Part shown: positions 9,564 through 19,929 of the stretch, piece by piece
Layout of the letters: each line of letters opens with the position of its first letter
How positions within the stretch are numbered: the first letter of the stretch is position 1
NCBI GenBank assembly: GCA_902792005.1
Contig: CADAXW010000002.1
Span: forward strand, 6,292-70,291
Direction: 5' to 3'
Length of the DNA: 64,000 bases
From: an uncultured Lachnospiraceae bacterium
GTDB taxonomy: Bacteria > Bacillota > Clostridia > Lachnospirales > Lachnospiraceae
Notes under the pieces: model-generated
Databases searched by the model: none
What the model was told of the DNA's origin: nothing
The model's input: only the letters and a program-made list of their open reading frames with translations
Position numbers and translations under genes: made by a program

Positions 9564-10841
9564 ATGAAAACAGAAACCGCATGTATCCAGGGAGGATACA
9601 CACCGAAGAACGGAGAATCACGCATGATCCCCATTATCCAGAGCACTACTTTTAAGTATGATACCAGCGAGGATATGGGAAAGCTGTTCGATCTCGAAGC
9701 AACCGGCTATTTCTACACGCGTCTGCAGAACCCGACCAATGATCTGGTAGCTGCAAAGATCGCGGAGCTGGAAGGCGGAGTGGCAGCCATGCTTACATCC
9801 TCCGGCCAGGCAGCAAACTTCTTTGCTGTATTCAATCTGGCAAATGCAGGGGATCACGTGATCGCTTCCTCAGCGATCTACGGAGGAACCTTCAACCTCT
9901 TCAATGTGACCATGCGGAAGATGGGAATCGAGTTCACCTTTGTTGATCCGGACTGCTCAGATGAGGAGCTGGAGGCAGCTTTCAAGCCCAACACAAAGGC
10001 TGTATTCGGAGAGACCATCGCGAACCCGGCGCTGACCGTACTGGATATCGAGCGGTATGCAAAGGCAGCACATGCACACGGCGTTCCCTTCATTATTGAT
10101 AATACATTTGCAACACCCATCAACTGCCGGCCCATCGAGTGGGGAGCAGATATCGTTACCCACTCTACCACAAAGTACATGGACGGACATGATGTGGCAG
10201 TGGGCGGCGCCATCGTAGACGCAGGTAAGTTCGACTGGATGGCACATGCAGACAAGTTCCCCGGACTTTGCACTCCGGATGATTCCTACCATGGGATCAC
10301 ATACGCAGAGAAGTTCGGCAAAGAGGGCGCATTTATCACAAAATGTACCGCTCAGCTGATGCGTGATCTGGGCTCCATTCAGTCACCCCAGAATGCCTTC
10401 TATCTGAACATGGGACTGGAGTCCCTGGCAGTCCGTATGGAGCGTCACTGCAAGAACGGGCAGGCCGTTGCCGAGTATCTGGAGAAGAACGAGAAGGTTG
10501 CATGGGTGAACTATCCCGGCCTTCCCGGAAATAAGTACTATGACCTTGCGAAGAAGTATATGCCGAACGGAACCTGCGGCGTTATCTCCTTCGGCGTGAA
10601 GGGCGGACGTGCAGCTGCAGAGGAGTTCATGAAGCACCTGAAGGTGGCCATCATCGCAACCCACGTGGCAGATGCGCACACCTGTGTCCTTCATCCGGCA
10701 TCCGCTACTCATCGTCAGCTGACGGATGAGGAATTGGTTGCCTGCGGAGTAGGAGCGGACATGGTTCGCCTTTCCGTTGGTATCGAGCATGTGGATGATA
10801 TCATCGCGGATCTGGAGCAGGCGCTCAGCTTTGTTCAGTAA
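9564..10841 (+). CDS. metY: O-acetylhomoserine aminocarboxypropyltransferase (OAH/OAS sulfhydrylase)
   Basis: YTRLQNPT, SSGQAA, HSTTKYMDGH (PLP lysine), HPASATHRQL, VRLSVGIE motifs. Confidence 0.93.
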   Translation: MKTETACIQGGYTPKNGESRMIPIIQSTTFKYDTSEDMGKLFDLEATGYFYTRLQNPTNDLVAAKIAELEGGVAAMLTSSGQAANFFAVFNLANAGDHVIASSAIYGGTFNLFNVTMRKMGIEFTFVDPDCSDEELEAAFKPNTKAVFGETIANPALTVLDIERYAKAAHAHGVPFIIDNTFATPINCRPIEWGADIVTHSTTKYMDGHDVAVGGAIVDAGKFDWMAHADKFPGLCTPDDSYHGITYAEKFGKEGAFITKCTAQLMRDLGSIQSPQNAFYLNMGLESLAVRMERHCKNGQAVAEYLEKNEKVAWVNYPGLPGNKYYDLAKKYMPNGTCGVISFGVKGGRAAAEEFMKHLKVAIIATHVADAHTCVLHPASATHRQLTDEELVACGVGADMVRLSVGIEHVDDIIADLEQALSFVQ

Positions 10842-10900
10842 GAAGAGTTTATAAGAAGAATCGCTCTTAATGCTATTCATAGAAAATAGTTAGATTGCAC

Positions 10901-10931
10901 AAAAGGCGGAGTCCCGGGACCCCGCCTTTTT
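10901..10931 (+). terminator. Rho-independent terminator after metY
   Basis: AAAAGGCGG...CCGCCTTTTT stem with T-tail. Confidence 0.8.
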
Positions 10932-11236
10932 CCTTCGCCTTCGTTTTTTGAAATACATAGATTTTGTGGATGTTTAGATTCTGATTTCAATGATATGGTA
11001 TTTTCAGAAAAGAAGGAAACCGGAACAATATTTTCGGTTTTTTGGGGAAAATCGTGAGAAATGTTGAAATTTATGTGAACTATACAAAAAATGTTGTACC
11101 TTTTGTGCGTTTTTGCTATATTTGTATAAGGCGTAACTGTGTAGTAGAGGGCTTAGTGCGCGCATTTTTACAGTTTATTCATACGTACTTCACAACTTGG
11201 AAATGCTTAATATTTTATACAACAAGGGAGGAACCT

Positions 11237-14200
11237 ATGACTGAAAAGAAGAGAGGGTTAAGAAACACGAGGATGTGGAAACGCTTCGCCGCGATCTGCA
11301 TGGCTGTTGTTATGGCAGTAACCATGCTTCCGATCATTCCGGGCGCGAAGGACGTTTACGCGGCAACGGTACGGGACTATCCCATCAAGATCCAGTTCTT
11401 CGGGGAGGACAAGTCGACCCCGGAGGCTCCTTCAATCGCACTTGAGGATGATGAATTCTATTACGTCCTCATTACGTTGAAGGCAAAGAACGGACCGGAT
11501 AAAGGGAAAGCAGTCGGATTCTGTAAAGCTGTGATCGGTACCTACAGAAACGGCCATTGGGAAGATCATGAGAAGATCAACTCCGGTGCTGTTTATCAGG
11601 ATACGTTCTCACCATACATGGGATGGTACGGGCCGTTCTACAAGATCAACCCAGACGGAACTCAGGGCGATTCCATGACTTTTGATACCGAGCAGTATAC
11701 GGTTTCATCTCGCCTTCGTCATACAACGAATGACATCAATAACATGACGTATAATGAGCTGAACGCTGAACCGGATACCATCGACGGATATCTGTTCCTT
11801 AAGAACGAAACCGATGAAACCGGAGCCACAATATCCCTGTATAAGGCAAAGAATCAGGAGTTTTCCGTACGTTTGAAATATGATCCGTCCGCAACCAATA
11901 TTGTCGAGAGTGATCATTATTATATCTGGACGAAGGTGCAGCATAAGACAGGATCGGATACCTATTATTTCGAACCGCTGACCGCTTCCGCGTCCGATAC
12001 CGTAACGGAACATGTAGTTGGTATGGATACCGACGCAAAGTGGCGGGATCAGAACGGTGATTTGATCGATGAGAAGTTCTCCGGAAATGAGACCATCGTT
12101 GATCTGTCCATCCTCAAGGTTCATGATGAGGCGCTCGTTGACGGAGAGGGCAACCCCAGAACCATTAAGGAAATCTTTAATACCGTAAAGAACGACAGTG
12201 GAAAGTATGACAAGATTGAAACCGGCGGACTTGTTAAGGGCTATAAGGCAGCCTACAAGGGTAAGCAGATCGAGGACGATTTTGATCACGATGCTACAAA
12301 GCATGTGTACGAGATCGATCTTACAAAGGTACCGATCAGTAATGATTATACCTATCTCACTGCACTTGGTGACGCTGTAAATTATGGTATTCTGGCGAAG
12401 GAGATCTATCAGAGAGGTCATAGCCAGACAAATGTGGCAACAAAGAAATATGTCGGAAACGGTGAAGCATTGGATCCGAACCTGTCAGGTGATCCGAGAG
12501 GATCTGCACCGGGAACGCTGCTGATCGGAGAGCAGGAAAAACTCAAAATAGAAAAAACCGGAACCGGAACCGCGGTGGTAGTCGGAAGCAATGCGACGGA
12601 TGCGGATGTAAACGATGCTACTGTAAAGGTTAATAAGGATAAAGAAGCAGTCAACACGCAGGTTCAGGACATGATCAACTATATCACGAAGGTTTCCAAT
12701 GATATGGCGAGTCATGATGCAACCATTACTCCGGTTATCAACGGAGAACGTTATGTTCTTGATACCCGGGGCATGGATCCCAATGCGACCATTTACGTTA
12801 ATGCAGATGTCCCCGGATTCCTGGATGTAATAAAGAATTCCGTTAATGAAGGCGGTGCCGGAAACGGTCTTCTGATCTACAAGGAGCCCGGACAGCTGAT
12901 CGTCTTCAACTTCAAGACCACCACAACGATTCCGAAGATCGGAAGAATTCTTGTAAATGACGGAACAGAGGTTGAGGGTACAAAGGACTGTCTGACCACG
13001 ACCGAGTGGAGCGATGCGGCGGATCCGAAGAATGAGAGAGCGGATCACGCGTCCCGACAGGTTGTCTGGAACCTGAATTCCGTAACGGAACTTCAGGGTA
13101 TGGACAAGGCCGGTGGTATCTTCCTGAATCCGAATTCGAATTCCACGATTGAAGCCAACGGTGCATCCTGTGGCTGGGTTGCAACTGCAGGAACAGTTGA
13201 GATGGGAAGTGGAAATGAGTTCCACTTCGTTTACAAGGGAATCAACAGCAATCATCAGGCAAGTGTCAACGCCCGTAAGATGGTGAAGAAGAACGGAGCA
13301 ACTGCCGGAGCAGAGGCCACAGAGGTATTCCGTTTCAGTATCGATCGTTGGAACGGAACGGAATTTAAGCAGCTGACCGTACTGGTTCCGGACCCGAATG
13401 ATCCGAGTCAGACCATAGAGCAGCCGCTTGTGGTGGAAAATGAACTGGCAAGCATCTCCATCCCCGTAACGGAGATGGTGGACGGTGTGAACTATTACCG
13501 AATCTATGAGACCGGCAAGGATGTTTCCACACCGGGGGCTTATAAAGAGAACAAGCAGGAGTATTTTGCGGAGATCCAGGCAACCGTTGCAAAGAAGGAC
13601 GGCGTGGTTGTTGCCATGATCCCCGGAAGTGTAAAGTATTACAAGACCTTTGATAAGAATCAGGGCAAGGTTACAGGTCCTGAACTTGACGGATCCAAGA
13701 TCGTTTTCACGAATGAGGAATCCGATAATGTAGCCAAGATCACACTTACCAAGTCCTTCGGCGGTGCGGTTGTTGAGTCCGATCTGGAAACTCTCAGCTT
13801 TGAGATTCAGAAGAAGGACGGAACAGTCGTTGCAACATTTGCACTGAAGGATACTGATGTATTTGAGAAGAAGGCTGAAGGCCGCTATGAGATGAAGGAG
13901 GCCTATGAGCTGGAGGTTGGCGAATACAATATCGTTGAAACCAATTACGATGCATCCGGCGCAAAGGTAAGCGTAAGCTACTCCATCGGCGCAGGAAGCA
14001 CAGATTACAAGACAGACGGAACGGCTGCAGGTGGAAACTACTCTGTAGCGCAGACATTTGCAAAGGATGACGATATCGTTCTTAACTTTAAGAATGAGTA
14101 TCCGTCTACGGATGTAAAGATCAGCAAGACAAATCTTGGTGGTCAGGAGATAGATGGTGCAAGACTGACTCTGACCGGAACAGTTGGAACAGGAACAACT

Positions 14201-17200
14201 CCGGTGATCTTTACAACCGAACAGGTGACACCGGGCACAGGTGTAACGGGTCTGGAAGTCAGCGCAGATGGAAAGACACTGTCCTGGAGTTCCGGTACAT
14301 CAGCTACTACAATTGGAAATCTTCCGAATGGTAAGTACACACTCCATGAGGAGGCTGCACCTGCTGGATTTGTAGTCGCAAATGACTTTAAGTTTGTTGT
14401 AAAAGACAAGAAGGTATATAAAGAAGACGGAACCACACTGATCAAGGATAACGAAGTGGTCCTGGTGGATGAAGGTTCGACCACAGTTGAGATCAGTAAG
14501 GTGATCGCTGCTACCACAACAGAGCTTGCAGGCGCAACGCTTGTTCTGCAGGGTAAATTGTGGAATGGATCATCTTATGTGATCTTTGACCTGGATAATG
14601 TAAAGCTTGGAGAAGGCGCAAAGGATAAGAAACTGAATGATCTCGGTACGGAATTATCCTGGGTATCCGGAACCGGAGCTACGACAGTAGAGAAGCTTCC
14701 GAATGGTATCTATTCACTTACAGAAAAGACTGCACCTCAGGGCTTTGATCAGAATAATGAGGTAATCTCCTTCATCCTTGAGGATGGTAAGGTATATAAG
14801 AATAACGGCGGAGTTAAGGGTGATGAGATCACTACTAAGAAGCTCACGATGGAGAATGCCTATACTCCGATCAACGTAACCCTGGAAGCAACAAAGACCC
14901 TGAAGAACAGTGCAGGAACAGGTACGGTTGCACTGCAGGGAGAGGAGTTCGTATTCACGCTCACCGATCCTTTGGGTACATATGCAGCGCAGACAAAGAA
15001 GAACGATGCAGACGGAAAGGTGACATTTGATCCCATCTCAATTGGTTCAATAGGTGATTTTGAGTTCACCATTGCCGAGACAGCCGGAAATGATGCGATG
15101 ATCACCTATGATGACACGCAGTATAAGGCGGTTGTATCCGTCACCGGTGACACAACCGGACTTCATGCGACAGTGACCTACAAGGTTGGAAATGAGGTGA
15201 AGACGGCAGCGGCTTTTGAAAATCAGCAGAAGCCGAAGGGACCTGCAAAGGTAAATCTTACTGCTTCAAAGACCTTCAAGGACGAGACCGGAGCAACCAT
15301 TGCACTGACCGGGGATGAGTTCGAGTTTACTCTGACCAACGTGAATGATGCGACGGATAAGCAGACCAAGAAGAACGCAGCAGGCGGTACGGTAACCTTT
15401 GATGAGCTTACATTTGCGGAGACAGGTACTTACAAGTACACCATCAAAGAGACACCGGGCAATAATGCGATGATCGACTATGATACTTCAGAGTACACAG
15501 CAACCATCGTAGTAACAGAGGGAGCAACTGCACTGGATGCAGATGTAACCTATAAGAAGGGAAATGATACTGCCACGGCGGTAACCTTCGAGAACAAGAA
15601 GCTGGCAAAGAAGCCTGCAAAGGTAAATCTTACTGCTTCAAAGACCTTTAAGGACGAGACCGGAGCAGCCATCGCCCTGACCGGAGATGAATTCCAGTTT
15701 ACTCTGACGAATCAGGATGATGCGAATGATAAGCAGACCAAGAAGAATGCAGCAGGTGGTACGGTAACCTTTGATGAGCTTACCTTTACTGCAGCAGGTA
15801 CCTACAAGTACACTATTAAAGAGACACCGGGCAACGATGCACTGGTCGATTATGACGCTTCAGAGTACACAGTAACCATCGAAGTGGAAGAGGTAACCGG
15901 TGAACTGAAGGCAAATGTGACCTATAAGAAGGGAAATGATGCTGTCACAAAGGTAGCCTTTGAGAATAAGAAGAAGGCTAAGACACCTGCAACGGTAAAT
16001 CTTTCTGCAGCAAAGACCTATAATGATGAGACCGGAACACCCATCGCACTGACCGGAGATGAGTTCGAGTTTACTCTGACAAACAAGAATGATGCGACGG
16101 ATAAGCAGACCAAGAAGAATGCAGCAGGTGGTACGGTAACCTTTGATGAGCTTAGCTTCACAGCGGCAGGTACCTACGAGTACATCATCAAGGAGACACC
16201 GGGCAATAATAAGGATATCAGTTACGATACATCAGAATACACAGCAACCATCGTTGTTACGGAAGGCGCCACAGCATTTAGCGCAGACGTGACCCTGAAG
16301 AAGGGCACTACCAAGGTGAATGCGGTAGAGTTTACCAATACCAAGCTTCCGGATGTTGGTTCGCTGAAGATCCTGAAGAGCATTTCCGGAGAGGGTGCAT
16401 CAAAGGACAGCATCAAGGTAACTGTAAAGAAGGGCAATCAGTATGTAACAGACCAGGGCGCTCTGGTTGATACGGAAACGAAGATCACGGTTCCCACGGG
16501 AACAACGGGCGTGACCATCAGCAACCTGCCCATCGGTGATTATACGGTAGAAGAAGTGCTGGACAGCGCGGTAATTGCGAAGTACACACTGATCACCACA
16601 GGTGCAGGCGCAAGTACCACATCCATGACCAAGACGGTTGAGAAGGATAAGACCGCAGAGGTTCAGCTGGTCAACAAGTATGAGAGAGATAAGGGTACGC
16701 TGAAGGTGACCAAGACCGTCAGCCAGAATGCTCCGAAGACCTCCTTTAGCATCACCATCAAGGAGAGCGAGGGAACAAATCCGAAGTTTGTAAATGCAAA
16801 CGGTGAGCTGGTAACAACCGATCCCGGCCTCACAGTGACAGCAGGTACACCGCTGACCATCGCAAATGTACCGACCGGTTCCTACACGGTAACCGAGGAT
16901 GTGACCGGTGCCGAGGTAAATGGCTATACACTGGTGGCAGACGGAACTGCAACAAAGACCGTGACAAAGAACGGCGAAGTGACAGCAGCACTGACGAATA
17001 CTTATACAAGAGATACGGGCAGTCTGCAGATCACAAAGGCCTTCAGTGGCGCGACACCTCCGTCAAATCTGCTGAATCTCACATTTGAGGTGAGCGGACC
17101 CACGGACTTCCAGACCGTAACGCTGGTTTATCCGACTGACTTTACAAACGGAATTGCAACACTGAATGATATTCCGACAGGTTCCTACACCGTGACTGAG

Positions 17201-19717
17201 TCAGGTACAGGAGATGTGGTTGACGGAGCAACGGTTTACACCTTTGATACCACAACCATCAAGACTGCATCGGTGGATGTTGTAAAGGGAGCAACGAAGA
17301 CAGCAACCATCACGAACAAGTATAGTTCCAATGTTGTAAAGGGAAGCCTGACACTGAGCAAGCAAGTTACAGTCAATGGCGGAGCTCCGGCAGGTATTGC
17401 AAATAAAGCGGGAACAAAGAGCTACAAGGTTACCATCAAGAACGCCGCCAGCGAGTACGTGAATGCAGCCGGTGAGCTGGTTGCAAATGATCCGGGTCTT
17501 ACCATTACAGCAGGAACGGATCTTGTGATCAATAATATCCCGCTTGGTGCCTACACGGTTTCCGAGGTTACTTCGGATCTGAACAATATCGATCCTACAC
17601 TGACCTACGATACCCAGAGCAGTACACCGGGTGTAAATGTAAGCTTCACATTAACGGATTATACAGTAGCAAAAACACTGGTCAATGTATTCACCTATGA
17701 AGAACCTCAGCCGGATGAGTATCCGGTTCTGATCACCAAGGCAGATGCCGTTACCGGCGAGGAGATCCCGGGTGCGGTGATCAAGCTCTTCAAGAACGGA
17801 ACTCTGATCAGAACCTGGACCTCCAAGACTGTGGCAGAGACCTTCCAGCTGGAAGAGGGAACCTACACCTTCAGGGAGGAAACAGAGCCTCTCGGATATG
17901 AGAAGGTTACTACCGAGGTTGAGTTTAAGGTTGAGAAGGATACTACAGTGGCTGCAGGCTACAAGGTAACTGTGACAACCATCAGCGGTGACGTGGAGCA
18001 GAGAGCAGACGGAACCATCGTTCTTCTCGATGCACCGAAGAAGGGATCTCTGAAGATCACCAAGAAGGTGACAAGCGACACGGCAAACAAGCCGGCAAAG
18101 GATACCTTCAAGGTATATGTATATAACACAGATAAGCAGGTTTATGTAACAGATGCACAGGGTACGACCTCAGCGGTACAGACATCCATCGAAGTACCGA
18201 TTACAGGACTTACCATCAACAATCTGCCTCTTGGCCGTTACACGGTAGAGGAGGATGTGAATGATGCTGAAAATGTAGAGGGCTTCGCATTCGATCACGA
18301 TAGAAGTACATTTGCGGCAAATACGGAGATCAAGGTGAATGCATCCAATACCGTTATTAACGGCAAGGCTGATCTAACCAATATCTACATGGAGAAGCGC
18401 GGTGATCTTAAGATCACCAAGACAGTTGAGGGCGATAAGCCGAAGAAGGACAGCTTCAAGGTTACTGTTAAGAATGCAGCTGGCAAGTATATCAAGGCAG
18501 ACGGAACCGTAAGTGATACCCAGGTTGTTCTGGATGTAAGCGTGAAGAACGGACTGACCATCAAGAACCTGCTGCCCGGCAAGTATACAGTTGCTGAGAT
18601 CGGTAAGGATATGAAGGTTTCCGGATACACACGTACCGGCGGAACCTCATCGACACAGGTAACCGTTATCAAGGAGCAGACCGTAGAGGCAAAGCTTGTC
18701 AACAGATATAAGGAAGACGAAACCGGAAAGCTTTCTGTTCATGTAACAGAGGAGAAGTCCGGAAAGGATGTTAAGGAAGCTACAGTTGAGGTTACTTATC
18801 CGGACGGAACCACAAAGACCTTCATAACAAATGAGAAGGGTGAGATCGTGGATGAGAACGGAGAAGTGCCCACAGTTCCGGTAGGTGATTATCTTATTAC
18901 AGTCACCGATGTTCCGGAGGGTTATGATGTTAAGACCGGTGAAACCGGTGAAGTGACGGTAGAGAAGAACAAGGAAGCACATCATGATGCAGTGATCTCC
19001 ACCGATCGCGGCGGTATCATCATCACAGTATATGATGAGGAGACCGGAGATGTTGTACCGGATGCTGTTCTTGAGATCGAGCAGCCGGATGGAACCGTTA
19101 AGACCTATGTAACGGATAAAAACGGTCAGGTAACCGAATTCGCAAAGAAGGACGAGTACGGCAACTACACAGCAGAGCCCGGTGAATACAGATATACTGT
19201 TATCGAGGTACCGGAGGGTTACCGTGTAACCACAGGCGAAGAGCAGACCGGAACGGTTGTTGAGAAGGAGCTGACCGAGCTGGAGGCAAAGATCGCACCG
19301 AAGACCGGAGGTCTTGATATCAAGGTAATTGACGAGAAGACCAAGAAGCCGGTGGAAGGAGCAACCGTAGAGGTTACTTATCCGGATGGCTCCGTTCATA
19401 CCTTCATCACAGATAAGGACGGAATGATCACAGAGCTGTCCAAGAAGAAGGACGGACACTACACAGCACGGACCGGAGAATACCAGATCAAGATCGTTAA
19501 GGTACCGGATGGCTACAGTGTAAAGGTTGGCGAGACAACCACACAGATCATTGAGGAAGGAAAGCTGAAGCATCACGTAGCAGAGATCGCAACAGCAACC
19601 GAGGATACAGTACAGACTGGTGATTCCACACCGGTTGCATGGCTGTTTGCTCTCCTCATTGCATCTGCAGCAGGATTTGCATTTGTTCTGTATCGTAAGA
19701 GAAGAACAGCACGTTAA
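11237..19717 (+). CDS. Giant sortase-anchored surface protein (~2826 aa) with SpaA/Cna-B-like and FctA/Spy0128-like repeats
   Basis: ATG at 11237 after GGGAGG; signal peptide; repeated G.YT..E..AP.G.Y and F.N.Y/K motifs; C-terminal VQTGD, TM helix and RKRRTAR tail. Confidence 0.9.
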   Translation: MTEKKRGLRNTRMWKRFAAICMAVVMAVTMLPIIPGAKDVYAATVRDYPIKIQFFGEDKSTPEAPSIALEDDEFYYVLITLKAKNGPDKGKAVGFCKAVIGTYRNGHWEDHEKINSGAVYQDTFSPYMGWYGPFYKINPDGTQGDSMTFDTEQYTVSSRLRHTTNDINNMTYNELNAEPDTIDGYLFLKNETDETGATISLYKAKNQEFSVRLKYDPSATNIVESDHYYIWTKVQHKTGSDTYYFEPLTASASDTVTEHVVGMDTDAKWRDQNGDLIDEKFSGNETIVDLSILKVHDEALVDGEGNPRTIKEIFNTVKNDSGKYDKIETGGLVKGYKAAYKGKQIEDDFDHDATKHVYEIDLTKVPISNDYTYLTALGDAVNYGILAKEIYQRGHSQTNVATKKYVGNGEALDPNLSGDPRGSAPGTLLIGEQEKLKIEKTGTGTAVVVGSNATDADVNDATVKVNKDKEAVNTQVQDMINYITKVSNDMASHDATITPVINGERYVLDTRGMDPNATIYVNADVPGFLDVIKNSVNEGGAGNGLLIYKEPGQLIVFNFKTTTTIPKIGRILVNDGTEVEGTKDCLTTTEWSDAADPKNERADHASRQVVWNLNSVTELQGMDKAGGIFLNPNSNSTIEANGASCGWVATAGTVEMGSGNEFHFVYKGINSNHQASVNARKMVKKNGATAGAEATEVFRFSIDRWNGTEFKQLTVLVPDPNDPSQTIEQPLVVENELASISIPVTEMVDGVNYYRIYETGKDVSTPGAYKENKQEYFAEIQATVAKKDGVVVAMIPGSVKYYKTFDKNQGKVTGPELDGSKIVFTNEESDNVAKITLTKSFGGAVVESDLETLSFEIQKKDGTVVATFALKDTDVFEKKAEGRYEMKEAYELEVGEYNIVETNYDASGAKVSVSYSIGAGSTDYKTDGTAAGGNYSVAQTFAKDDDIVLNFKNEYPSTDVKISKTNLGGQEIDGARLTLTGTVGTGTTPVIFTTEQVTPGTGVTGLEVSADGKTLSWSSGTSATTIGNLPNGKYTLHEEAAPAGFVVANDFKFVVKDKKVYKEDGTTLIKDNEVVLVDEGSTTVEISKVIAATTTELAGATLVLQGKLWNGSSYVIFDLDNVKLGEGAKDKKLNDLGTELSWVSGTGATTVEKLPNGIYSLTEKTAPQGFDQNNEVISFILEDGKVYKNNGGVKGDEITTKKLTMENAYTPINVTLEATKTLKNSAGTGTVALQGEEFVFTLTDPLGTYAAQTKKNDADGKVTFDPISIGSIGDFEFTIAETAGNDAMITYDDTQYKAVVSVTGDTTGLHATVTYKVGNEVKTAAAFENQQKPKGPAKVNLTASKTFKDETGATIALTGDEFEFTLTNVNDATDKQTKKNAAGGTVTFDELTFAETGTYKYTIKETPGNNAMIDYDTSEYTATIVVTEGATALDADVTYKKGNDTATAVTFENKKLAKKPAKVNLTASKTFKDETGAAIALTGDEFQFTLTNQDDANDKQTKKNAAGGTVTFDELTFTAAGTYKYTIKETPGNDALVDYDASEYTVTIEVEEVTGELKANVTYKKGNDAVTKVAFENKKKAKTPATVNLSAAKTYNDETGTPIALTGDEFEFTLTNKNDATDKQTKKNAAGGTVTFDELSFTAAGTYEYIIKETPGNNKDISYDTSEYTATIVVTEGATAFSADVTLKKGTTKVNAVEFTNTKLPDVGSLKILKSISGEGASKDSIKVTVKKGNQYVTDQGALVDTETKITVPTGTTGVTISNLPIGDYTVEEVLDSAVIAKYTLITTGAGASTTSMTKTVEKDKTAEVQLVNKYERDKGTLKVTKTVSQNAPKTSFSITIKESEGTNPKFVNANGELVTTDPGLTVTAGTPLTIANVPTGSYTVTEDVTGAEVNGYTLVADGTATKTVTKNGEVTAALTNTYTRDTGSLQITKAFSGATPPSNLLNLTFEVSGPTDFQTVTLVYPTDFTNGIATLNDIPTGSYTVTESGTGDVVDGATVYTFDTTTIKTASVDVVKGATKTATITNKYSSNVVKGSLTLSKQVTVNGGAPAGIANKAGTKSYKVTIKNAASEYVNAAGELVANDPGLTITAGTDLVINNIPLGAYTVSEVTSDLNNIDPTLTYDTQSSTPGVNVSFTLTDYTVAKTLVNVFTYEEPQPDEYPVLITKADAVTGEEIPGAVIKLFKNGTLIRTWTSKTVAETFQLEEGTYTFREETEPLGYEKVTTEVEFKVEKDTTVAAGYKVTVTTISGDVEQRADGTIVLLDAPKKGSLKITKKVTSDTANKPAKDTFKVYVYNTDKQVYVTDAQGTTSAVQTSIEVPITGLTINNLPLGRYTVEEDVNDAENVEGFAFDHDRSTFAANTEIKVNASNTVINGKADLTNIYMEKRGDLKITKTVEGDKPKKDSFKVTVKNAAGKYIKADGTVSDTQVVLDVSVKNGLTIKNLLPGKYTVAEIGKDMKVSGYTRTGGTSSTQVTVIKEQTVEAKLVNRYKEDETGKLSVHVTEEKSGKDVKEATVEVTYPDGTTKTFITNEKGEIVDENGEVPTVPVGDYLITVTDVPEGYDVKTGETGEVTVEKNKEAHHDAVISTDRGGIIITVYDEETGDVVPDAVLEIEQPDGTVKTYVTDKNGQVTEFAKKDEYGNYTAEPGEYRYTVIEVPEGYRVTTGEEQTGTVVEKELTELEAKIAPKTGGLDIKVIDEKTKKPVEGATVEVTYPDGSVHTFITDKDGMITELSKKKDGHYTARTGEYQIKIVKVPDGYSVKVGETTTQIIEEGKLKHHVAEIATATEDTVQTGDSTPVAWLFALLIASAAGFAFVLYRKRRTAR
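15242..16357 (+). repeat. Three tandem 372-bp intragenic repeats (124-aa FctA-like domains)
   Basis: CCTGCAA.GGTAAATCTT recurs at 15242, 15614 and 15986 with high nucleotide identity. Confidence 0.85.
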
Positions 19718-19790
19718 TCCGGGCTGACAGGAAAAAAATAACTGATTCTGTCACTGGTTCTGTAATTCAGAATGAGGTGAGAATGAGGTG

Positions 19791-19821
19791 AGGCCGGTCC
19801 CCGAAAGGGGGCCGGCCTTTT
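19791..19821 (+). terminator. Rho-independent terminator after the adhesin gene
   Basis: AGGCCGGTCCCC-GAAA-GGGGGCCGGCCT followed by Ts. Confidence 0.85.
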
Positions 19822-19929
19822 CGCGCGGGGAAGGCTGATTTTAGTAGATTTGTACAAAGGATTTGTGCTATAATAACAATCGGGTAACTGCATTTTTCTG
19901 ACCTAATATGAACTAGTGGAGTGCGAAAT

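Noticed and set aside
11042-11236. N-terminal extension of the giant ORF from a TTG start
   Set aside because: AT-rich promoter-like DNA; the RBS and signal peptide support ATG 11237.
10932-11236. Possible c-di-GMP riboswitch upstream of the adhesin
   Set aside because: No GG(C/A)AAA...GNRA/receptor pattern of class I and no class II pattern recognisable by eye.
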